From: Candidatus Hadarchaeales archaeon
GTDB lineage: Archaea > Hadarchaeota > Hadarchaeia > Hadarchaeales > JAWBSP01
Assembly: GCA_038842485.1 (NCBI GenBank)
Contig: JAWBSP010000024.1
Location: 1 to 15,224, forward strand
DNA length: 15,224 bases
Direction of reading: 5' to 3'
Part shown: in pieces, positions 6,698 to 14,722 of the stretch
Layout of the letters: the number at the start of each line of letters is the position of its first letter
How positions within the stretch are numbered: position 1 is the stretch's first letter
Made by a program: the position numbers and the translations under genes
Notes under the pieces: model-generated
The model's database searches: none
The model's input: the letters and a program-made list of their open reading frames with translations, nothing else
Told to the model about the DNA's origin: nothing

Positions 6698-8071
6698 TTA
6701 CTCACCCAGCAACTTCCTCACGGCGGGAAACATCTCCGCCACCCTTTGCCTAGAAACCTCCTGGTACATCTGCTGAGCGATACCCACCGCCAACAGGATC
6801 CCGGTTCCGCTTCCTAGCGAACCCATGAAATCGCCGAAGGCGGAGAGTAGGGCCACTATAAGGCCGCTGAGAAGGCTCACCCCGATGAGGTAGCGGGAAA
6901 GGTACTCCTCCATGGTTCTCACATCCCTTCTGAAACCTGGGATAAACATCTCGGCGTCCTGCAGCTGCTCTGCCACATCCCTGGGCCCCATGCCTGCAAG
7001 GTAAATCCAAACCCATGAGAAAGCCACGCACAGCGGGACAAAGATCGCCAAGTAAAGGAGAGCGTTTAGGGGGGCACTCGCCACCTGCTGGGGACTGGTG
7101 GGGGGGACCACAATATCAGCGAGTCCAGAAAGGCTCGGAAAGAGGGTACCCAACAACCTCAGATTGGCGAAAACTGCCATCACTAGAATCACGGGAATGA
7201 CATTGGTGTAGAGAAGGTTTATGGGATACCTCCCCCTTATCCCTCCTACCCTCCCGTAGGACAGCGGAACCCCCACGCTCATGCTGTTTAGGTAGACGAC
7301 AACGAGAAAGAGGAGGATGCTGGTGATGAAACCCAGCATGCTCGGGGCTCCCGCCCTAAAGAAGGCCTCGCCCACCCCCCTCCCCCTTATGGCGGAAACG
7401 ATGAAGTTCGGGAGGGCCCCGACCCGCTGACCTCCTTGGGAAAAGGGGGAGAAGGCCTGCCAGCATATCTCCATCCCCACGCCAGCCAGGATGAAAAGGC
7501 TGATCCCGCTTCCCAGCCCATACTTTGAAACCACCTCGTCAAGGTAGAGAACAGCCACCGCTCCCAGCGTGAGCTGCAGGACGAGGAAGAGCATGCAGGT
7601 GAGGGAGAGCGGGGCAGCGGACGGGTCCAGCCTGCGTGGATCGTACCATCCCCCCCAAACCAGCATGCTTGCCTCGAAGAGAGCCATCAGAATGGCGAGC
7701 CCCTTTTGGAGGCTGGTGAAGAGCGCCCGGTCCTCGCTTTCCCTCAGATCTAGCCCGATGATCTTGCTGCCGACCAACAGCTGTAGGATGATACCCGCGG
7801 TGACGATGGGCCCAATCCCAAGCTCCACCACCGTTCCCCGATAGCTGGCGAAAACGAACCTGAGGTTCTGAAAGATGTCCACAGCCGACCTCCCGCCGTA
7901 CAGGGGAATCTGAGTCATGGCCAGAAAGGCCAAAAGCGCTAGAACGGTCCAGAAAAAGCGCTCCCTGAAGGACACATGGCGCTTGGGTACCTCGATCTCG
8001 GGGATGATCTTGAGGACGGGTTTAAGGGCAAAGAGCCTAGACTTGGGTCTCCCCTCCTCCAATCCCCCCAC
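6698..8071 (-). CDS. secY: Preprotein translocase subunit SecY (Sec61 alpha)
   Basis: IPLYG, ELGIGPIVTAGIILQLLVG, DEVVSKYGLGSGISLFI, YPINLLYTNVIPVIL, IPGFRRD, GSGTGILLAV. Start GTG 8071 or TTG 8062. Confidence 0.97.
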   Translation of the reverse strand: MGGLEEGRPKSRLFALKPVLKIIPEIEVPKRHVSFRERFFWTVLALLAFLAMTQIPLYGGRSAVDIFQNLRFVFASYRGTVVELGIGPIVTAGIILQLLVGSKIIGLDLRESEDRALFTSLQKGLAILMALFEASMLVWGGWYDPRRLDPSAAPLSLTCMLFLVLQLTLGAVAVLYLDEVVSKYGLGSGISLFILAGVGMEICWQAFSPFSQGGQRVGALPNFIVSAIRGRGVGEAFFRAGAPSMLGFITSILLFLVVVYLNSMSVGVPLSYGRVGGIRGRYPINLLYTNVIPVILVMAVFANLRLLGTLFPSLSGLADIVVPPTSPQQVASAPLNALLYLAIFVPLCVAFSWVWIYLAGMGPRDVAEQLQDAEMFIPGFRRDVRTMEEYLSRYLIGVSLLSGLIVALLSAFGDFMGSLGSGTGILLAVGIAQQMYQEVSRQRVAEMFPAVRKLLGE

Positions 8072-8486
8072 CTGCCTCCTCCAGCTTCTCCTTCGCGGCC
8101 GGCACCACCTCGGCCCCCTTCAGCACCAAGCAGTGCCTGACCTTCCCCCTTCCCAGCACCCGGTCGACACCCAGCTTCTGCAAATCCACCACTATTTTCT
8201 CCCCCTCCCTCACCGCCACCCCCTTTCTCAACAAATCCTCAATCCTCTCGTCCAGCTCCCCAACGTTAATGGTCCGCAACACCTTTCGGGGTCGGAAGAA
8301 ACCGTGCTTTCCGAAGTGGTCGGGCATGTAGCGCAAAATGTAGCTCCACTTCTGCTTGTGCCCGCCCGCCATCCCACTTCCTCCCTTCTCCCCCGTTCCT
8401 CCCTTCCCTCGTTTGGCGCAGCCCCTGCCGTAGGTCCTCGAGCCCCTTTGCTTCCTGACCTTCCTTTCTCTCCTCACCACCATCAA
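8037..8486 (-). CDS. rpl15: 50S ribosomal protein L15 (uL15)
   Basis: RKQRGSRTYGRG, GGSGMAG.HK.KW, HFGKHGF, INVGEL, VLGRG, AKEKLEEAGG. Confidence 0.96.
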   Translation of the reverse strand: MMVVRRERKVRKQRGSRTYGRGCAKRGKGGTGEKGGSGMAGGHKQKWSYILRYMPDHFGKHGFFRPRKVLRTINVGELDERIEDLLRKGVAVREGEKIVVDLQKLGVDRVLGRGKVRHCLVLKGAEVVPAAKEKLEEAGGGIGGGETQV

Positions 8487-8941
8487 ATCATCCTGAGTAG
8501 TAGCTCATTGATCGCCTCCCCCCTGTATCCCAAGTCCCCCCCGTGCCCGAACGTGTGCTTTAAGGAGATCAGTCCCTTCCTGGGTGGGTGCAGCCTGAAA
8601 ACGCGCTTGAGACCAGGAAGCTGAACCTTCCCCCTGCACATTGCCACCGCAAGTTCCGAGATGGAGGAGTGAGGAGAGTGCTTCTTCACGTATTCGTCCG
8701 TGAGCCTCGCACCGCCTCTTACTTCCCCACGCTTGCGGAGAAGCCTCTCAACGGTGGCGGGGTTCACCTCCCCCCAAGTAATGAAGTCCTTCGCCACACG
8801 CAACATTCCACGATAGGAGGGGGTGTCCTCCACAAGAACGCAGTGGTTCGGGCGGGTGAGCCCTAACATGCGTAACGTGTCCAGAACCTTCTTCCTCCCT
8901 CCCACACTACCTTTCAATCTAACCACCGCGAGCATGGGCAT
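8483..8941 (-). CDS. rpl30: 50S ribosomal protein L30 (uL30, archaeal long form)
   Basis: AVVRLKG, DTLRMLGL.RPNH, GML....D.ITWGE, VFRLHPPRKG, GDLGYRGE.INELL.RM. Start ATG 8941 with SD GGAGGTGA. Confidence 0.95.
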   Translation of the reverse strand: MPMLAVVRLKGSVGGRKKVLDTLRMLGLTRPNHCVLVEDTPSYRGMLRVAKDFITWGEVNPATVERLLRKRGEVRGGARLTDEYVKKHSPHSSISELAVAMCRGKVQLPGLKRVFRLHPPRKGLISLKHTFGHGGDLGYRGEAINELLLRMI

Positions 8942-8946
8942 CTCTC

Positions 8947-9570
8947 TCACCTCCTCTCTGGAATGGAGACCTTCATCGTCTGTCTGAGGGCCTCGAGGGT
9001 TGCGTACGCTAAGTTCACGCGGGTTTTTGTGGAACCTCTGGATAGAGTCCACACGTCCTTTATTCCCGCCAAACGCAGAATCTTTTTGGAGAGCTCAGGG
9101 GCCACCAGACCCAGCCCTCTGGGCGCGGGTATCAGGGTAATCTCAACGCTCCCCGACTTGCCCTTGACCTTCAGGGGGACCGAGTGGGGCTGCCCGCAGC
9201 CGCACTCCCAGCTCCCGCACCCCCTCCTCACCTCTATGATGTTCTGTTTGGCGGCCCTCGCTGCCTTGGAGATGGCAGTGGCCACCTCCTTGCTCTTCTT
9301 CTCTCCGACCCCCACGAAGCCGTCGCCGTTTCCCACAGCCACCAAGGCCCAGTACTTGGAGCGCCTTCCCGATTTGTGCATTTTCTGGACAAGCTTCAGA
9401 TGGAGCAACTCCTGCTGGAGGTTTGGAACTAGGACATCCACGATTTCGGGTTCAAGTATACGGTAGCCCCTCCTCAGAATGTCCGAGAGCTGAGTAATCT
9501 TCCCTTCCTTAACAGCTTTTCCTATCTCCGTTCTGGGCTCCCACAGCTCTGGGCTGAACTCCGCCTTCAT
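8947..9570 (-). CDS. rps5: 30S ribosomal protein S5 (uS5)
   Basis: WEPRTEIGK.V, EPEIVD.L, VAVGN.DG.VG, RRGCGSWECGC..PHSVP, LIPAPRGLGL, LAGIKDVW. Confidence 0.97.
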   Translation of the reverse strand: MKAEFSPELWEPRTEIGKAVKEGKITQLSDILRRGYRILEPEIVDVLVPNLQQELLHLKLVQKMHKSGRRSKYWALVAVGNGDGFVGVGEKKSKEVATAISKAARAAKQNIIEVRRGCGSWECGCGQPHSVPLKVKGKSGSVEITLIPAPRGLGLVAPELSKKILRLAGIKDVWTLSRGSTKTRVNLAYATLEALRQTMKVSIPERR

Positions 9571-9589
9571 TCAAACCATTTCGCGCCGT

Positions 9590-9605
9590 CTAAAAACGCA
9601 CTTTC
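9590..9605 (-). promoter_or_regulatory. Putative BRE/TATA promoter for rps5
   Basis: Minus strand GAAAGTGCG-TTTTTAG with the TATA-like element about 21-26 nt upstream of ATG 9570 in a 61-bp spacer; no SD before rps5. Confidence 0.45.
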
Positions 9606-9631
9606 GAAAACACGAACGTTTGGGCGGGGCG

Positions 9632-9898
9632 CTACTCCTTCACCTTGAGGGCGTACCTCCCCTCCGTAGTGAGACCAAGGCGCCCAGCAACTTCCGAGAG
9701 ACCGAGAGTAAAACCAGCGCCACACTTGGGACATGTTTTCTCCCCCTTCCTCTGCGCATAACCGCACTTCTCGCAGAGGGGCAGGACCTCCACGTAACCC
9801 ACCCACTCCGCCGAAAAGGAGGTCCCCCCGCACTTGGGGCATGTTTTGGGTTTTTCCCCCACGATGAACCTACACCTCTTGCAAGCAAAAGCGGGCAA
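9632..9898 (-). CDS. spt4: Transcription elongation factor Spt4 (RpoE'') with an inserted second zinc ribbon
   Basis: ACKRC...CPKCG...S.EW.G.V and C-terminal SEVA.RLG....GRYALKV, directly downstream of rpoE1 (TTG start adjacent to its TAA). Confidence 0.9.
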   Translation of the reverse strand: MPAFACKRCRFIVGEKPKTCPKCGGTSFSAEWVGYVEVLPLCEKCGYAQRKGEKTCPKCGAGFTLGLSEVAGRLGLTTEGRYALKVKE

Positions 9899-10438
9899 TT
9901 ATTTTAGATCCTCCTTTATCCACTCCAGCTTTCCCAGCCCCGGCTGGCGCATGGTCAGGCCAACCTTGGCCCTCGTCCTCCCCTTCATGCTGAGGGTGAC
10001 GATTCTAGCCCTGACCTTGTCCCCCACCTTGAGGGTTCGCTTGGTCTGCTTCCCCTGCAGCACTCCCTTGTTTTTGTTGTAGCTCACGAAGTCATCCATC
10101 ACCTGCGACACGTGAAGGAGACCATCCAAGGGCCCTATCCTCACGAAGGCCCCGAAGTCCGTCAGCTCTACCACCTCCCCAAGCACCACCTCGTTTATCT
10201 CCGGTTTGTAGACTAGGGCATCAAAAACCACATCGTGGTAGCTCCCTCCATCCCCCATGATAAGCCTACCGGGCCCGATTTCCTTTACCTCGGAGATGGC
10301 AAGAACGACCCCAACATCCCGATCCATCACCCCTTCATAGGTCTTCCTCAGAAGATCCATGACCACCTCCTCTAGAGGCTCGCCAAACCTGTCCGGAGGC
10401 ACCCTAACCGTATCGCTAATGGTCACAATCTTGTGCAT
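9899..10438 (-). CDS. rpoE1: DNA-directed RNA polymerase subunit E' (Rpo7)
   Basis: DTVRVPP..FG, GDGGSYH, EVV.GEV....FGAFVRIGPLDGLLHVSQVMDD (S1 domain), GLTMRQPGLGKLEWI. Confidence 0.97.
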   Translation of the reverse strand: MHKIVTISDTVRVPPDRFGEPLEEVVMDLLRKTYEGVMDRDVGVVLAISEVKEIGPGRLIMGDGGSYHDVVFDALVYKPEINEVVLGEVVELTDFGAFVRIGPLDGLLHVSQVMDDFVSYNKNKGVLQGKQTKRTLKVGDKVRARIVTLSMKGRTRAKVGLTMRQPGLGKLEWIKEDLK

Positions 10439-12438
10439 TAAATCATCCCCGCTGTAGCCATAAGTAGCGCAACGATTGACATAAGTTTTATGGCGATGTT
10501 CAGGGAGGGCCCCGCCGCATCCTTGAGCGGGTCCCCGACGGTGTCGCCTACCACGGCTGCTTGATGGGTAGGTGTCCCCTTCCCCCCCAAGTTCCCTAGC
10601 TCGATGAACTTCTTTGCGTTGTCCCAGACCGCCCCAGAATTGGCCATCTGGAGGGCGAAAACAAGACCCACCGCAATGGATCCCACCTGCAATCCTCCGA
10701 GGGCCTTAGCACCTAGCAGAAATCCAACCAGAAGGGGGGAGAGGAGGACGAGCAGCACGGGGAGTAAGAGTTCCTTGAGGGCCCCCCGCGTGGCCAGATC
10801 CACGCATCGCTCGTAATCGGGTTTTGCCTTCCCCTTCATCAGACCCGGGATTTCCCTGAACTGCCGGCGCACTTCCTCGACCATTCTGAAGGCGTTGCGT
10901 CCCACGGCTTGGATGACTAGGGCTGAGAAGAGGGCTATGACCGATCCACCTATGAGAACTCCAGCCGCCACCTCTGGGGAAAGAAGATCCAGGTTGCTGA
11001 GATTCGCTGCCTGGGAGTAGGAGAAGAACAAGGCGACGGAGGTGAGGGCGGCGGAACCTATGGCGAATCCCTTGGAAATGGCCTTGGTGGTGTTTCCCAC
11101 CGAGTCGAGTGCGTCGGTGACCTCCCTCTTCTCCTCCTCCCCTGCCTGCTCTATGATCCCTCCCGCGTTGTCGGCGATGGGGCCGTAGGCATCCGCCGAG
11201 ACCACCATCCCCGTGACGGAGAGCATGCCCACTCCTGCCAGACAGATCCCGTACATCCCCTTCACGGCCTCCTGCGCTGGGGAAGAAATCCCCTTGGCCA
11301 TCCAGAAGGAACCCACGAGGGAGAGGGAAATAACCAAGATGGGAAGCACGGTGCTCAGGAGTCCCACGGAATAGCCTGAGAGAATGTCGATGGCGGCCCC
11401 GGAGGAGGCTGACCGGGCGACCGATTTCGCTGGAGCATGCAACCGGTTGGTAAAGTAGTCGGAGACGAGACCTACCGTTACCCCTGTAACCAGCCCAAGT
11501 GCCACAGGGGCAAAAACCCTTAGCCCCTCGGAGCCGAAAAGACGGGCAGAAATGAGGAAAGTGCCGACCGCTGTAATGGCCATGCTGGCTAGGCTCGCCA
11601 GGTTGAGAACATAGCTCGGGTCCTTCCCCTTCCTCACCCTGACCATGAGAGAGGCGAGGATGGAGGCCAGGGTGCCAACCGCGGCAACACCCAGTGGAAG
11701 AATCAGATAATTGATCCCAAGCATGGCACCCATGATCATGGCGGCCACGATGGAGGCGGCGAAGGACTCAAAGAGATCGGAGCCCATCCCTGCCACATCC
11801 CCCACGTTGTCCCCCACATTGTCCGCAATGACCGCGGGGTTTCGGGGGTCGTCCTCGGGGATTCCCACCTCCACCTTCCCCACCAGATCTGCGCCCACGT
11901 CCGCCGTCTTGGTGTATATTCCACCCCCAACCCTAGCGAAAACCGCCACCGAACTCGCCCCGAAGCAGAAGGGGAGAATGGAGGAGGGATCACCCAGCCA
12001 GAGCCAGAACCCCAGCAGGCCGAGCATGCCCAAGCCCACCACAAGCATGCCCATGACCAGCCCCCCCCTGAAGGCCGTCTTCAGCGCCCCCTCCAGACCT
12101 GAAAGGGCCGAGTTGGCGGTCCTAGAGTTCGCCCTCACCGCGACCTGCATCCCAAAGTACCCAGCAGCTAGGGAGGAAAGGGAGCCGCAGAGGTAGGCCA
12201 AGGCTTTTCTCCAGCCGAAACTGGGGTGCAGCAGAAAAAGGAGAAAAACGAGGGAAATGAAGACGAAAACCGTTCGGTACTGCCTCCGGAGAAAGGCCCT
12301 GGCTCCCTTTCTTATAATCTCCCCGATCTCTGCCATCCTCCCACCGACAGGCATCTTGCACACCGATCTAGCCGATAGAGCGGCCGTGAGGAGGGCTGCT
12401 CCAGAGGCTGCAAGGGTTAGAATCTCCAGGATTTGCAT
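10438..12438 (-). CDS. hppA: Membrane-bound ion-translocating pyrophosphatase, predicted K+-independent H+-PPase
   Basis: RVGGGIYTK.ADVGADLVGKVE, PEDDPRNP..IADNVGDNVGD, DAYGPIADNAGGI, GNTTKA (Lys at the Ala/Lys K+-dependence position), WDNAKK, GDTVGDPLKD. Confidence 0.95.
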   Translation of the reverse strand: MQILEILTLAASGAALLTAALSARSVCKMPVGGRMAEIGEIIRKGARAFLRRQYRTVFVFISLVFLLFLLHPSFGWRKALAYLCGSLSSLAAGYFGMQVAVRANSRTANSALSGLEGALKTAFRGGLVMGMLVVGLGMLGLLGFWLWLGDPSSILPFCFGASSVAVFARVGGGIYTKTADVGADLVGKVEVGIPEDDPRNPAVIADNVGDNVGDVAGMGSDLFESFAASIVAAMIMGAMLGINYLILPLGVAAVGTLASILASLMVRVRKGKDPSYVLNLASLASMAITAVGTFLISARLFGSEGLRVFAPVALGLVTGVTVGLVSDYFTNRLHAPAKSVARSASSGAAIDILSGYSVGLLSTVLPILVISLSLVGSFWMAKGISSPAQEAVKGMYGICLAGVGMLSVTGMVVSADAYGPIADNAGGIIEQAGEEEKREVTDALDSVGNTTKAISKGFAIGSAALTSVALFFSYSQAANLSNLDLLSPEVAAGVLIGGSVIALFSALVIQAVGRNAFRMVEEVRRQFREIPGLMKGKAKPDYERCVDLATRGALKELLLPVLLVLLSPLLVGFLLGAKALGGLQVGSIAVGLVFALQMANSGAVWDNAKKFIELGNLGGKGTPTHQAAVVGDTVGDPLKDAAGPSLNIAIKLMSIVALLMATAGMI

Positions 12439-12459
12439 ATAAAACTTCGGGCTAAAATA

Positions 12460-12849
12460 CTACTCCATCTCTCTCTCGAGCATCAGGTGCGTGCGCTGTC
12501 TAAGCCTCACTATGTTGGTGCCGAGCTTCTGGAGCCTCTTCTGGAGGGCGTAGTCAGCCGTCGCCACCAAGTAATCGGGGTGTTGCTTGGCGAATTCGAG
12601 AATCGCGCGGTCGGCGTTCTGCTGGGAGGAGGGGATGATTTTCATGTCTCCCAAGGAAGAAAGCGCGAGCTTGGCGGCCGAGCGCTCGGAGGGGGTACCC
12701 TTCTTGGCTAGGTACTCCAGCTCCTTCACCACCGGCTCGGGCACGAGGAGCTCGTACCTGCGCTGGAGGATGCGGTTGAGCTCTGCCATAATATCCACCC
12801 TGAACAGACCCGGGATCATCAGGAAGCTCGTGTCCGCAATGATTTTCAT
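12460..12849 (-). CDS. PIN-domain protein (Fcf1/Utp24-like, DUF188 type)
   Basis: IIADTSFL, VP..VVKELE.L, ADRAIL, VATAD..L..RL acidic PIN motifs; this family normally precedes rpoE1. ATG 12849 (alternative TTG 12858). Confidence 0.88.
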   Translation of the reverse strand: MKIIADTSFLMIPGLFRVDIMAELNRILQRRYELLVPEPVVKELEYLAKKGTPSERSAAKLALSSLGDMKIIPSSQQNADRAILEFAKQHPDYLVATADYALQKRLQKLGTNIVRLRQRTHLMLEREME

Positions 12850-12859
12850 TACTGGCAAT

Positions 12860-12891
12860 CTACTAAATACGCTCCTCGGTTAAAATTCTTT
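12860..12891. promoter_or_regulatory. Compact bidirectional promoter between PIN and dph5
   Basis: Plus-strand TAAATA (12864-12869) 28 nt before GTG 12892; minus-strand AAAGAA-TTTTAA (12880-12885) upstream of the PIN start. Confidence 0.45.
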
Positions 12892-13680
12892 GTGCTGGTT
12901 TTCGTGGGCATGGGGATAAGGGGGGAGGAAAGCCTCACGCTGGAGGGGCTGAGGGAAATCCGGGAGGCCGACGAGGTATATGCCGAGCTGTATACCAGTC
13001 CCCTCCCCCAGCTCGATCTCCAGAAACTGGAAGGAATGGCGGGGAGGAAGATCTCGCTGCTGGGGAGAAAGGAGATTGAGGAGGGGCAGGAACTCCTAGA
13101 AATCTCCACCAGGAAAAAGGTGGTGCTGCTCGTTCCCGGTGATCCCATGATCGCGACCACCCACGTGAGCCTGAGGCTGGCGGCTGCCTCGAGGGGCATC
13201 CCCACAAAGGTGGTTCACTCCTCCTCCATAGTTTCAGCTGCCGCGGGCCTGACCGGTCTCCAGAGCTACAAGTTCGGCCGATCGGCAACCGTCCCGCTTC
13301 CCGATCTCAAATCCATCCACCCCTATGAGGTGCTGGGGGAGAACACGGAACGTGGGCTCCACACCCTCCTTTTTCTGGACGTCAGGTGTGAGAGCGGGAC
13401 ATATCTCTCCGCGCCCCAAGCCATTCAGATCCTCTTGCAACTCGAGGAGCAGGAACGAAGGGGGTACTTCACGGGGCAGAGGCTGGTGGTGGTGATAGCC
13501 AGGGCAGGGGCGGACAACTGTGTGGTGAGGGGGGATAGGGCAGCAAACCTCCTGAAACAGGATTTCGGCCCCGTGCCGCATGTGTTGGTGGTTCCTGGAA
13601 GGCTTCATTTCTTGGAGGCAAGGGCACTCGAGGTGTTTGCAGGGGTCCCAGAAGATGTCGTGCGAGAGCTTGAGGGCTGA
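12892..13680 (+). CDS. dph5: Diphthine synthase
   Basis: MLVFVGMG, VYAELYTS, LLVPGDPMIATTH, SI.SA..LTGLQSYKFGRS.T, N..RGLHTL.FLD, ARAG, DFG.VPH.LVVPG.LHF.E. Confidence 0.95.
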   Translation: MLVFVGMGIRGEESLTLEGLREIREADEVYAELYTSPLPQLDLQKLEGMAGRKISLLGRKEIEEGQELLEISTRKKVVLLVPGDPMIATTHVSLRLAAASRGIPTKVVHSSSIVSAAAGLTGLQSYKFGRSATVPLPDLKSIHPYEVLGENTERGLHTLLFLDVRCESGTYLSAPQAIQILLQLEEQERRGYFTGQRLVVVIARAGADNCVVRGDRAANLLKQDFGPVPHVLVVPGRLHFLEARALEVFAGVPEDVVRELEG

Positions 13681-13906
13681 GCTGGAGGGCGAAATCTCCA
13701 AGTGGACGAGGAAGCTTGAAAGAGAACTCGCTTCCCTGCGGGGTGAGGAGAAAACCGTGGAGAACATCCGTGCCTACCTTGAGGACTCAAAGCACTTCCA
13801 CTCCAAAGGCGAGCTGGTGAAGAGCTTTGAGTGCCTGATATGGGGCTGGGCCCTCCTGCAGCTGGGCAGGGAAGTTGGGTTGATATACGATCAGGGGGAA
13901 AAATAG
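13655..13906 (+). CDS. DUF357-family protein
   Basis: ENIRAYLEDSKHF..KG.LV.SFE..IW.WA.L matches the DUF357 pattern; commonly adjacent to dph5 in archaea. Start reassigned to ATG 13655. Confidence 0.8.
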   Translation: MSCESLRAELEGEISKWTRKLERELASLRGEEKTVENIRAYLEDSKHFHSKGELVKSFECLIWGWALLQLGREVGLIYDQGEK

Positions 13907-13908
13907 CG

Positions 13909-14625
13909 ATGGTGACCTTCCAAGAGGTGATCTCCCCGCTACCGGGCGAGAAGGTGCTGAAGACCCTGCAGCCCGTTCGCCCCTGGGCGTTCCTAGGTTA
14001 CTATATCGGTGCCTCCATCCTTCTCCTGTTTGGAATTTTCGTGAGCTCCCTCACAGCATGGGGGCTTCTGATTGTTGCCCTAGGAGTGCTGCTGGTAATC
14101 GCCGTTTACTTTTACTCGGGAGCTTTCACCTACTTCCTGACCAACAAGCGAATCGTAATATACAGAAAATTCATAACCATCTCCACCAGACAGGTGCAGT
14201 ACGACGACCTCTCGGATGTGGTGGTGGACATTGGAATCATCGGCCGCCTCCTAGGCTTCGGCAACGTGATCCCCGTTACCAAGTCCGGCCTCGGCTTGGG
14301 GAGCACAGGGTGGCATGCCGGAACCGGCTGGGGAACCGGAAGGGGACCCATCGTGGTGGGGGGCCCTGTCTCCACCACAGTTCGTGCGGTGGCCTCTCCC
14401 TCCACCTGCATTTATGGGGTGAGGGAACCCCTCGCCGTCAAAGACCTGATTTTCAAGCACCAAGAGGAGTATGCCGAGGCGCCCTACCTGAAGAAGATCA
14501 CCAAAGCGGTTGAGGAGAAGCCCAAGGCCTTGGCGGGTGCCCGCTTCTGTCCCTTCTGCGGGACCCAGCTCGTGGAGGGCGCAAAGTTCTGCTCCAGCTG
14601 CGGAAAGAAGATCCAGCCAGACTGA
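13909..14625 (+). CDS. Membrane protein with bacterial-type PH (bPH_2) domain and C-terminal zinc ribbon
   Basis: PGEKVL....P, two TM helices, Y.LTNKRI...., I.D..V...I.GRLLGFGN (bPH_2 pattern), C-terminal FCPFCG....GAKFCSSCG. ATG 13909 lies 2 nt after the DUF357 stop. Confidence 0.78.
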   Translation: MVTFQEVISPLPGEKVLKTLQPVRPWAFLGYYIGASILLLFGIFVSSLTAWGLLIVALGVLLVIAVYFYSGAFTYFLTNKRIVIYRKFITISTRQVQYDDLSDVVVDIGIIGRLLGFGNVIPVTKSGLGLGSTGWHAGTGWGTGRGPIVVGGPVSTTVRAVASPSTCIYGVREPLAVKDLIFKHQEEYAEAPYLKKITKAVEEKPKALAGARFCPFCGTQLVEGAKFCSSCGKKIQPD

Positions 14626-14649
14626 TATTTTACGGAGGAGAGTAAAAAG

Positions 14650-14722
14650 GGGCCCGTGGTCCAGCGGTTAAGACGTCGCCTTGACGAGGCGAAGATCCTG
14701 GGTTCGAATCCCAGCGGGCCCA
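14650..14722 (+). tRNA. tRNA-Val(GAC)
   Basis: GGGCCCG-TG-GTCCAGCGGTTAAGAC-G-TCGCC-TTGACGA-GGCGA-AGATC-CTGGG-TTCGAAT-CCCAG-CGGGCCC-A. CCA not encoded (followed by CTA), no intron. Confidence 0.97.

Noticed and set aside
7917-8624. 235-aa plus-strand ORF and other long antisense ORFs (2613-3131, 5027-5521, 8963-9466, 11711-12196, 13234-13767)
   Set aside because: Shadow frames opposite well-supported genes in G+C-rich DNA, with no recognisable motifs.
8942-9052. N-terminal extension of L30 (similar extensions on cmk, DUF357 and the bPH_2 protein)
   Set aside because: These overlap upstream genes; better downstream starts exist (8941, 5688, 13655, 13909).
9567-9842. 91-aa minus-strand ORF bridging spt4 and rps5
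   Set aside because: Alternate frame overlapping spt4; not L18-like and has no motifs.
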